Shown: in pieces, positions 8,081 to 16,347 of the stretch
Numbering within the stretch: the first letter of the stretch is position 1
Layout: each line of letters starts with the position of its first letter
Origin: Myxococcota bacterium
Lineage (GTDB): Bacteria; Myxococcota_A; UBA796; SXON01
Length of the DNA stretch: 64,000 bases
Assembly (NCBI GenBank): GCA_040386535.1
Contig: JAZKFH010000013.1
Span: 1-64,000 of the forward strand
Reading direction: 5' to 3'
Program-made: the position numbers and the translations under genes
The notes under the pieces: model-generated
What the model saw: the letters and a program-made list of their open reading frames with translations, nothing else
What the model was told of the DNA's origin: nothing
The model's database searches: none

Positions 8081-11000
8081 TCAGCCTCGACCGAGGGCGC
8101 CTGCGGCGAACAGCGCGTGCGCGTACGCTGCGGCAGTCTCGCAGGCGTAGATGGTCCACAGCTCATCTCGCTTCCAGCCAACGATGTCGCTGATGCCCCG
8201 AATGGCGAAGCACGGCACGCCCCTGTGTTGGCAGGCCGCATAGGCCCCGGCCGACTCCATCTCAACCGCGGCCACACCCTTGAGAACCGCTCGCCACGCC
8301 ACAAGTAGCTCTGGGGCCTTGACGACCCGGTCGCTCGACGCGACCGCCTCCGCGCGCGCGATTGGGTGAGCGCGACCCTCCCTTGCGTGGCGCTCGAACG
8401 CGTCGGTAATCTTCTTGTTCCAATCGACATCGCCGGTCGTGTGGTGCCCGTCCAGTGACGGTCGGGTCTGTCGCAGGCGCGCCGCCCAGTCGCCCATGGA
8501 GCGTCCGAGGCTCTGTAGCCGCGCGACGATCCGGGCCGCCTCCGCATCGAGCGGCCCTCCGCGGGCGTTGAACCTGGAACCCTCGCCGGCCCCGGTGTCT
8601 TCCAACGTCAAGTCGTGGATATAGCTCGATACAATCACGTCGCCCAGCGTGAAGTCCTCGCTAGGACAGCCGCCGGCGATCCCCACCACCACCACCAGCC
8701 GGGGATGCAGATCGTCCAGAACGTCCGTTGCGACGGTCTGGGCTTGCACGTTTCCCTGCAGCAGGCACCGAGCGATCGCCACGCGCACCACTCCGTCGTG
8801 GGTCGCAACCTCGCAAACGTCATAGTCTTGGCGTGTCCCCCGCCGCGTCTTGCCGTTCGCGGGCGAAAAGTGGTGGAGCACTGCAGAGTGCTCCTCCTCT
8901 TTTACCGTGATGATGGCGACGTCGACGACCTGGTAAGCCTCCTTGGCTGCCAGGGTGTCGGGCGCGACGGTTGCGTTCCCGGTCGGCGCCGTCGCGGCGG
9001 CGAAGGGCCACTGGTTGGGATCCGCGTCCCGGATATCTTCTCGTAATACAAGCACTTGGGCCCTATCCTCGTCCCACTTGACGACCATGTAGCCCGACCA
9101 TCCGGCGACCGCGAGGAGCAGTCCAGGGTCAACCGCGCCACCAGGCCACGCTTCACCGTCCACGCGGAATTCAGACCCGTGATGCCGTCGCCAGAGACGC
9201 TGCAGCTCTTTCAGGTAGGGGCGGATTTGTGCGAGCAAGCGGTCGGCAACGTCGTGCCGCATGAGCGGGAGAGCATCCAATCCGAATCGGTAGCGCGGAG
9301 TGCCGTCATCGTGCTCACAGATCACGCGGTCGGCGAGCAACTTGCCGATAGTCTGGCGCCCTACGGTGCCGAGTTCGTCGCGTAGCACCTGACGACGAGG
9401 AAACCCACGATTTGCCAGCAGCCCCTCGCCCATCCACGTAAGGATGTCCTCCGCGGACGTAAGGTTGGCCGCGGATTCCTCCCAGTCGGGTTCGTGGTCG
9501 TGTTCCAAGTGTGCGCGCGGAGGGCCTGCGTTAGCACCAATACCGACCCTCGGAACACCTTCCAGAATGAATTGATTGCCCTCCCACGCAGCACTCGCAC
9601 CGATGGCCTTCCCGATCTCGCGCCATGGCAGGCGGGCTGCGACCGCGTGAAATGGTGATTCGTGGACCTGCATGCCTGACTCGTCGCACGCGACAGAAAG
9701 CGCCCATGACGCCCCTTCCTGGCTCGACAGGAGCGCGTCCCTAAAGGGATCGAGAGATACGCCTGGGGCAGCGCCCGCAACCGCCTGCCAGGTACATCGC
9801 CCGCCATCCCGTGCCGACCAAAATGTCAATAACGCCAGATTGGTCGCGAGCGTTGAATCGACACCTTTGGTGACTACGCTGTCTCGCACCGATCGAATGA
9901 GCCGCGCGAGCTGGTCCGCGATGAAAGCACCGACGTCCGCGTCGACGGCGGTGAGGTCGGACGCGGACAAGTGGATCTGAACCGGCGATGCGTCGACGTC
10001 ATCGACATGACGATGATTGCACGCGGCGAGACCCAGTCGCTGCGCGACATTCAGCGAGCCACCGGCGAGCTCCGCCAAGGCGCCGATGTTGGCGAACTCG
10101 AGGTTGGCGGCCTTTGCCCCGAGCAGGAGCAAGTCGCGGCACTCGTCAGCCGACCGAAGCGCCGGCACGACGATCGGGGGCACGCGAGCGAACAACTCGT
10201 CCATCACGCTGTCCGGCGGCGTGACGGCCCGTCCGACGACCACCACTCGGCGACGTCCGGCCGAGTCATCAACCAGGGAACGGAGCTGGCCGAACAGCCT
10301 TGCTCGCACCTTGGGCCGCAGCATGTGGTAGTTCTCTACGACCAGTACGCCGTCGCCTCGCAGCGACTGATCGAGGATGGGGCCCAGCTCGGCCTCCTCC
10401 TCCTCGCGATTCACATCGAGGCGGATGACCTTGACCGTGGCCTTCTCCAGCGCTGCTCCGACAGCGACGGTCTTCCCTGAGAGGGTGGGACCATGCACGA
10501 CGGCCACGGGCCGACGACCGGAAATCCAAGATTGAAGTTTGGCCTCTTCCTTCGTCGGCACGTGGCTCCAGGGAGCGAGGCCGCCCGTCACGAACACCTC
10601 TTCGATCGCGGTGCCGACAGGTGCGAGGTTCGTCATCAGAGTCTCCATAGGCATAGGCAGAGGCATAGGCGTAGGTGGCGGTGGGCTGGATCGGCGACGG
10701 GAGTGAGATCGCTTCGCGCCCGGTCCCTGACTCGCGAACATCTTGGCGATCTGCTGTGCCGTCTTCGGCTTCCACTCCTTTCGGCGAAGATTCTGGTCGG
10801 CGACGGAAAGTGCAGATCTCAGGTCGATTTCTCGCGCTGCCGCCCATTCGACGAGGGATCTGAGCGCGGTGACGGACTCACGGTCGCCTCGCTCGGCCAG
10901 CATCCACGGCAGGCCGTTGCGCAGTTCCGCCAGATTCTCACGGGGCCCGATCAATCTGGCTCCGGCGGCGGATTCCGCTGGGCCCGGCGGGAACCGGCCA

Positions 11001-14000
11001 GCCACCAGCCGGTACAACTCCGCCACGCGATTCGGCGACTCGCCCGTCGGCCAGGCTGGAGCCTCCCCGGCGCGGCTAAAACGCTCCTCTGAGGCAATCC
11101 CTCCGATAGTCTCCTCCACCAGCTCGGCGTTGGTCGAGAGGATCTCCATGACCGCGGACCAGCCTGCGGCGTCGCCTGCGCGAAGCAGGTGTTTGCACGC
11201 GCCGATCTTAGGTCCCTCACACCGAATTCGTTCCTTGGCGACCGAGGTAGCTAGGTGCGGCCGGATGGCGGCAAGGGCGGCGAACGCCGCATCGTCGACG
11301 GCGGCTGGCAGACCGGCCTTCGTGAGCCGCTCCCGGAGGACTTCCGCGACAGCCGAACTTCGCCACGCATCAGTGCGGACTAGGCGGTCCAGTAGAGACT
11401 GCTTCCCCGCCTCAGTCTCCAACGGCGAGTCAATTACGGTCGCGACCGACCGGGCGACAAGCCGAAATGCTGTGTGAGGAAGGCAGGTTAGCCCAGCGTT
11501 CCAGCGCGGCCAGTCCCTCGCGCTCCCCCCCAGCTTGAGAAGTGCCGGCATCCAGCGGGACCACCCTTTGACCGCGACCCCGAACGAGGCCTTCGGCTCT
11601 CTGTAGGCGAACACCAGGTCAGCCGCGGCGACTCCGGCGAGCAGGATGGAGGGGAACTCCGACCGACCCAGCCAATCGGAGGGGCGCGGAGGAGGGACCT
11701 CGTCGAGAAACCGTCGTGCTGACTCCAATATCGCGACTCGAGTCTCAGGTGTCGCGTCCTCCCAGCCCGGGAGTGTAGTGACCGCGGAGTTCGCCCAGTC
11801 GCCGTAGTGCGTCTGGCCGGGGCGCAGGGTCAGTTCCCGTAGAAGGTTGTACCAGACCTTCGGATCTCGCTCGGCGGCCACGAGCGCACGGCGAACGCGC
11901 TCCCGCGTGTCGCCGACTTGCTCGACCGCCGCCCGAAGCTTGTCCTCACGCCTACGCTCCTCACGGTGCGCCTGCCCGCCCTCCTCGATGGAAACTGGTC
12001 CGAAGAACCATCGGCAGCCTTCCACGAGCTCATGGTCCGATTCGCCTGCCTCAAACATCTCGCTTACGAACCGCACGTCCTCAAGGTCGGCCACGCTGCG
12101 GAGTACGCTTCGTGTACGCTCCCGTGCGAGCGATCCGGTAGCGGTTCGATGGACGGCCAGCAACCAACCGACGTCCTCTTTTGAGTAGAGCCAGCGGCTG
12201 GAGTGGACCAGCGCCGAGTGCGCTTTGTCGGGCAGCGCGTCGCTCAGCAGGCGCTCGGCGAGCCGCCGGCGCAGCGCAGCGGAGGGCCCGGACCCAGGTT
12301 CATGTCCCCCCAGAGACGTGTGAGCCCTTCCAAAGCTGACGACGACCTCGACCAGGGCGTCCAGAACGTGCGCATCGAACTCAGCCACCGCCCCCCAACG
12401 CCAAACTACTCGCTCGAACCCCGAGAGGGAGAGCGGGTGGTCCTGATCGCGCGGCCCGATCCGGGCCAGCCAGCGTAGACCCTCCGCCTGCCATCCCGTG
12501 TCCTCTACTATGGACAGCAGGTCGTAAGTTAGGAAGTGCCAGGCGGCGCCCCCGATGGTTTGGTGCCGAGGAATCCTGTCCACGGCGGCGAAAAAGTCTG
12601 GAGAGGGCAGGGTGCGTCCGGCCCATGCCATGGCCTTGGCGAGCAATGGATGCGATCGTCCGTCGGACCCGGGCGGAATGAAGCGGCTTAGGAAGCGTGC
12701 TGCCCGCGTTGGGTCAACTTCACCGAGGACGTCGCAAGCAAATCCGCGTGCATCAACGCCGCCTTCCTCGTCCAAAACTACCCTCTCGACCTCGGGGAGT
12801 AACTCGCTAAGATGTGCCTCTCGGACTAGCAGGAGCACGTCAAATGCTGTTTTGTCCCCCGACCTCCCTGGATGCTCCCGGCACCAACCACGGAGACCAT
12901 CGACGAGGACCGGCCGAGCGATGCGGAGGAGAGAGTGGGCCATGGCTCCGGCTCGAACCGCCACTTTTTGGTCATTCACGCGGCCCAACGCGCCGAGAAG
13001 GATCCCGCGCTGCACCTCGTCAGCGAGCCGCGCTGGATCCCCGCCGAGGAGTACCTCGGGCTCGGACTCCATGAGCGCGTCTAATACCGCAGGGCGTCGC
13101 GTCGCGAGCCAACCCGCGACTTCGGACAACTCCGGGACGATGCCGCCTCCCGCTCCGCGGACCAAGTCCAGGGCGTCGGCGTCGACGACCTCTCGCCAAT
13201 CCGCCGCCCACACCGCGAGGAACTCAGCGTAGGTGCGGTGCGCAAAGTGGAACTCGCCGGGTGTTTTCCCTGGGCGGAAAATCGGGGTGTGACGAAGCAG
13301 CACATCGCAGAGGCGCTGGAGTGGATCGGCAGCCAGGAAGTCGGCCACTCGGGTCGCGGTCACCGGGACCATACCGGGGCCTGAGAAAACGCATGGTCGC
13401 CCAGTGAAAACAACCATGGATGCCACCATGGCCGCGCACTCCAACTGTTGCCGAGCGTCGGGCAAGGGCAGCAGGCCCTTCTCCGAGAGCCGGGCATTGG
13501 GAGCTACGCAAAGTGTGAGGATCGCCCGCTCGTAGAGGTCCCATCGTGACTGTGGGAGGTCCTTGCTCCTCTCAAAAAGCGTGTGAAGTAGTTGGAGAGT
13601 CACCGGTCGCCGAGCGAACACGCCGGCGCCCGCACGTTCGATCGCGCGGGCAAACGTCGCGGGGAGTCCGCATGTCCGTGCGTACAGGTCAATGTCCTCG
13701 GCATCGAGATCCGCAAGTTCGACCACCCACGGAGTCGGAGGTGTCGCTTTCCGATAGAACACCTCGGTCAACGCCTTCTCGAAGGTGGCGGGCCAAGCAC
13801 CCGTTCGACAACCGATCCGCACGTATAGCGCGGCCGGCCAGTTACTCGCAGTGTCCCTGATTAGGCGCGTGAGAAGGTCGATGGTCGTGCGGAGTTGCAG
13901 CAAGCCCTCGTCCAGGCTGTCGATGTAGACGGTCACCGCGGGCTCGCCCGCTGAGAGCGGTCCTTCAACCCGGCTCTTCCACACCGACTCAATGCGAGAT

Positions 14001-14263
14001 TCGTCGGCGTGTTCGCGCAGGTCGAAGAGGATCGTTAGGGCGTAGCTCGCGCCGCTTTTCCCTTCCAAGCTGACCGCGCGCTGAATCTCCGTGCTTTTCC
14101 CCGCGCCCGGCTCGCCCAACAACGCGGCACACGGAAGCGCGGACCATTCCACCGCATGCCACATCGCGCGTTCTTGCTGGTGTGGCGCGGAGTCGGCAAG
14201 GCCGCGAACATGGGGCACCCAGCGGCGCGACCACGGGATCGGTTCTCCCCGCTCTACTGCCAT
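8081..14263 (-). CDS. NACHT/STAND NTPase + helical region + second P-loop NTPase + C-terminal nucleoside phosphorylase (PNP_UDP_1-like), 2060 aa
   Basis: Walker A GEPGAGKS, Walker B YIDSLDE, FAHRTYAEFL; second Walker A GPTLSGKT; PNP motifs VGIAGG, LGDVIVS, AVEMESAG, IRGISD. Confidence 0.8.
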   Translation of the reverse strand: MAVERGEPIPWSRRWVPHVRGLADSAPHQQERAMWHAVEWSALPCAALLGEPGAGKSTEIQRAVSLEGKSGASYALTILFDLREHADESRIESVWKSRVEGPLSAGEPAVTVYIDSLDEGLLQLRTTIDLLTRLIRDTASNWPAALYVRIGCRTGAWPATFEKALTEVFYRKATPPTPWVVELADLDAEDIDLYARTCGLPATFARAIERAGAGVFARRPVTLQLLHTLFERSKDLPQSRWDLYERAILTLCVAPNARLSEKGLLPLPDARQQLECAAMVASMVVFTGRPCVFSGPGMVPVTATRVADFLAADPLQRLCDVLLRHTPIFRPGKTPGEFHFAHRTYAEFLAVWAADWREVVDADALDLVRGAGGGIVPELSEVAGWLATRRPAVLDALMESEPEVLLGGDPARLADEVQRGILLGALGRVNDQKVAVRAGAMAHSLLRIARPVLVDGLRGWCREHPGRSGDKTAFDVLLLVREAHLSELLPEVERVVLDEEGGVDARGFACDVLGEVDPTRAARFLSRFIPPGSDGRSHPLLAKAMAWAGRTLPSPDFFAAVDRIPRHQTIGGAAWHFLTYDLLSIVEDTGWQAEGLRWLARIGPRDQDHPLSLSGFERVVWRWGAVAEFDAHVLDALVEVVVSFGRAHTSLGGHEPGSGPSAALRRRLAERLLSDALPDKAHSALVHSSRWLYSKEDVGWLLAVHRTATGSLARERTRSVLRSVADLEDVRFVSEMFEAGESDHELVEGCRWFFGPVSIEEGGQAHREERRREDKLRAAVEQVGDTRERVRRALVAAERDPKVWYNLLRELTLRPGQTHYGDWANSAVTTLPGWEDATPETRVAILESARRFLDEVPPPRPSDWLGRSEFPSILLAGVAAADLVFAYREPKASFGVAVKGWSRWMPALLKLGGSARDWPRWNAGLTCLPHTAFRLVARSVATVIDSPLETEAGKQSLLDRLVRTDAWRSSAVAEVLRERLTKAGLPAAVDDAAFAALAAIRPHLATSVAKERIRCEGPKIGACKHLLRAGDAAGWSAVMEILSTNAELVEETIGGIASEERFSRAGEAPAWPTGESPNRVAELYRLVAGRFPPGPAESAAGARLIGPRENLAELRNGLPWMLAERGDRESVTALRSLVEWAAAREIDLRSALSVADQNLRRKEWKPKTAQQIAKMFASQGPGAKRSHSRRRSSPPPPTPMPLPMPMETLMTNLAPVGTAIEEVFVTGGLAPWSHVPTKEEAKLQSWISGRRPVAVVHGPTLSGKTVAVGAALEKATVKVIRLDVNREEEEAELGPILDQSLRGDGVLVVENYHMLRPKVRARLFGQLRSLVDDSAGRRRVVVVGRAVTPPDSVMDELFARVPPIVVPALRSADECRDLLLLGAKAANLEFANIGALAELAGGSLNVAQRLGLAACNHRHVDDVDASPVQIHLSASDLTAVDADVGAFIADQLARLIRSVRDSVVTKGVDSTLATNLALLTFWSARDGGRCTWQAVAGAAPGVSLDPFRDALLSSQEGASWALSVACDESGMQVHESPFHAVAARLPWREIGKAIGASAAWEGNQFILEGVPRVGIGANAGPPRAHLEHDHEPDWEESAANLTSAEDILTWMGEGLLANRGFPRRQVLRDELGTVGRQTIGKLLADRVICEHDDGTPRYRFGLDALPLMRHDVADRLLAQIRPYLKELQRLWRRHHGSEFRVDGEAWPGGAVDPGLLLAVAGWSGYMVVKWDEDRAQVLVLREDIRDADPNQWPFAAATAPTGNATVAPDTLAAKEAYQVVDVAIITVKEEEHSAVLHHFSPANGKTRRGTRQDYDVCEVATHDGVVRVAIARCLLQGNVQAQTVATDVLDDLHPRLVVVVGIAGGCPSEDFTLGDVIVSSYIHDLTLEDTGAGEGSRFNARGGPLDAEAARIVARLQSLGRSMGDWAARLRQTRPSLDGHHTTGDVDWNKKITDAFERHAREGRAHPIARAEAVASSDRVVKAPELLVAWRAVLKGVAAVEMESAGAYAACQHRGVPCFAIRGISDIVGWKRDELWTIYACETAAAYAHALFAAGALGRG

Positions 14264-14307
14264 CGGGAGGCGCTCCTTCGGCCTGACGTCGGTATCCGCC
14301 CCAGCAT

Positions 14308-16338
14308 CTACCCCTCCACCCCCTTCACAACCGCCCGATCCACATCCCCATAAAACACGAGGTCCATCTTCTCGACAACCTCTTCCGGCAGCGCCCCGAA
14401 CTGCGCCTTGTTCGCCAGCGGCACCAGCGCCCGCAGCGCGCCGTTCTCCAGGACCACCTGGAGCACCTCGACCATCGACGTGGGCCCCTTGATGTTCCCC
14501 TGCACGGTCAAGTCCCCGAGGACCACCGTTCCCGTCTGCATCTTCCGTCCCTGAATTGCTGAGAGCATCGCGACGTAGAATGCCACACCGGCGCCGCCCT
14601 CGATCGACCCGCCCGCGAGATCGACCGCTTCCACATTCAGGTCCTTGGTCGCCATGATCTGCACCAAGCCGGCCTTTTCCTTCACGGACTGGAGGTAGGC
14701 GAAGGCCCGGGCCATCGACTCCTTCATCGACTTCTGCATCGCCGTCGGCGTCTTGAGCTTGCCGGTGCCCGGCGCGACGCTCACCTCAATGCGGTAGAGG
14801 CCGACCTTGCCCTCGTCGCCGACGAGCGCGGCGTAGACGGTCCCGGGCGCCATGGGCTCCTGCGAGATCGCGCCCTTGCCGCCCGCCTCGGGCACGCGCA
14901 CCTGCACTTCGCTCTCGTCCGTGAGATCGGTGAACGAGAAGCTGGTCTTGTTGAACTCCGAGAAGTTCCGCCGCCGAAGCTGCTCCTTCACTCGCCGCCG
15001 CCCCTCCAGCGCGAGCTCGACGTACTCGCGCAGCTCGGCCTGGGTGACCTCGCCATCTGGGTGCAGGAGCTTGAGGAGGCCGCTCACGGTGCGCTTGGCC
15101 GCGGTCTCGTCGCGGCCCTCGAGGTGGGCGCCCAGCTTGATGCGCCCGGTGAGCGCGTCGAAGCGGTTCTGCTTGCGAAGCAGCTTGAAGGCCTCGGCCA
15201 GGTAGTCGGTGACGAAGCCGTAGCGCTTGGTGTTCATCGCGCTGCTGTGCTTCGGGACCTCCCAGCCGGGCAGGTAGAAGTGCAACCGATCGATCACGGC
15301 GAGGTCGAACTCCTTGGGGAGCGGCGCGAACAAGTCCGTCGTCGGGTTGGCGAGCAGCTCCTGGGGCGTCTTGTCGACGTTGCCGATGAAGACCATCGAG
15401 GCGTCGGCGGTGACCTGGGTGACCCCACGGCTGAACCGCCCGTTCGCCATGTAGTCCTTCATGATCTGGATGGTGTCGGGGTCGGTGACCTTCATGCCGC
15501 CGACCTCGTCGAAGGCCACGACGTCCCAGAACCCGACCAGCCCGACTTTGTGGCGGGCGTTGTTGTAGAAGAGGTTGGCCGTGCTCGCCTTGCCGCCCGA
15601 GATGAGGATGGTGTAGGGCGACATCTCGCTGAACGCGAACGACTTGCCGGTGCCGCGGGGGCCGAGCTCGATGAAGTTGTAGTTCTTCTCGACCAGCGCG
15701 ATGAGCCGCGTGAGCAGGAGCAGCTTGAGCCGCCGGTCCATGCGCGCGGGCTCCAGGCCGACGCTGCGCGTCAGTACGTCCAGCCACTCGTCGGTGGTGA
15801 AGTGCTTGCGGGACTCGTTGTACTCGTCGAGGTCGAAGCGGGCGAGCTGGATGGGCTTGAGCTCGGCGATGTGGAACGGGCTCGAGTGCTTGCCCTCGTC
15901 GGTGACCCGGTACTCGATGTCGATGAGGGCCCAGAGCCCGCCTTCGAGGAGCCGGTCGTAGCGGCGGTGGAAGTCGTCGGGGATGTGGACGCGGGCGTAG
16001 CCGAAGTTGTCGAGGGCGGCCCAGTACTTCCCCTCGCTGGGAACGAAGCGCACCTCGACGCGGTCGATGAAGCGATGCCTGCCGTTGCGCTCGACGGTGG
16101 CCTGTGCCTTGTTCGCCTCGTCCTGCTTGAAGTAGTTCTTCTCCAACGTCTTCTTCACCGCGTCGATCCCGAGGCGGATCTCCTCCTCGTCGTCCGACGC
16201 GCAGTACTTCGCGAGCAGGTACTCCAGCACGTAGGAGGGGACGTTGGTGCCCTGCTTGATCTGGTGGAGCAGGTCCTTGCGGACCACCCGACCGGCGCAA
16301 TGCTGCGTGAGCTTGATGTCCAGTTCGTCGAGTTCCAC
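14308..16338 (-). CDS. brxL: BREX Lon-related AAA+ protein BrxL
   Basis: NVPSYVLEYLL, ELGPRGTGKS, VAFDEV, MKDYMANG, RRRVKEQL; Lon-like C-terminal domain; directly follows pglZ. Confidence 0.93.
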   Translation of the reverse strand: MELDELDIKLTQHCAGRVVRKDLLHQIKQGTNVPSYVLEYLLAKYCASDDEEEIRLGIDAVKKTLEKNYFKQDEANKAQATVERNGRHRFIDRVEVRFVPSEGKYWAALDNFGYARVHIPDDFHRRYDRLLEGGLWALIDIEYRVTDEGKHSSPFHIAELKPIQLARFDLDEYNESRKHFTTDEWLDVLTRSVGLEPARMDRRLKLLLLTRLIALVEKNYNFIELGPRGTGKSFAFSEMSPYTILISGGKASTANLFYNNARHKVGLVGFWDVVAFDEVGGMKVTDPDTIQIMKDYMANGRFSRGVTQVTADASMVFIGNVDKTPQELLANPTTDLFAPLPKEFDLAVIDRLHFYLPGWEVPKHSSAMNTKRYGFVTDYLAEAFKLLRKQNRFDALTGRIKLGAHLEGRDETAAKRTVSGLLKLLHPDGEVTQAELREYVELALEGRRRVKEQLRRRNFSEFNKTSFSFTDLTDESEVQVRVPEAGGKGAISQEPMAPGTVYAALVGDEGKVGLYRIEVSVAPGTGKLKTPTAMQKSMKESMARAFAYLQSVKEKAGLVQIMATKDLNVEAVDLAGGSIEGGAGVAFYVAMLSAIQGRKMQTGTVVLGDLTVQGNIKGPTSMVEVLQVVLENGALRALVPLANKAQFGALPEEVVEKMDLVFYGDVDRAVVKGVEG

Positions 16339-16347
16339 GCGTCCCCC

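Noticed and set aside
14308..14900. BrxL C-terminal domain as an active Lon protease that might drive the sigma cascade
   Set aside because: The positions expected for the dyad read IEGGAG and MVEVL, with no Ser or Lys, so it is probably inactive.
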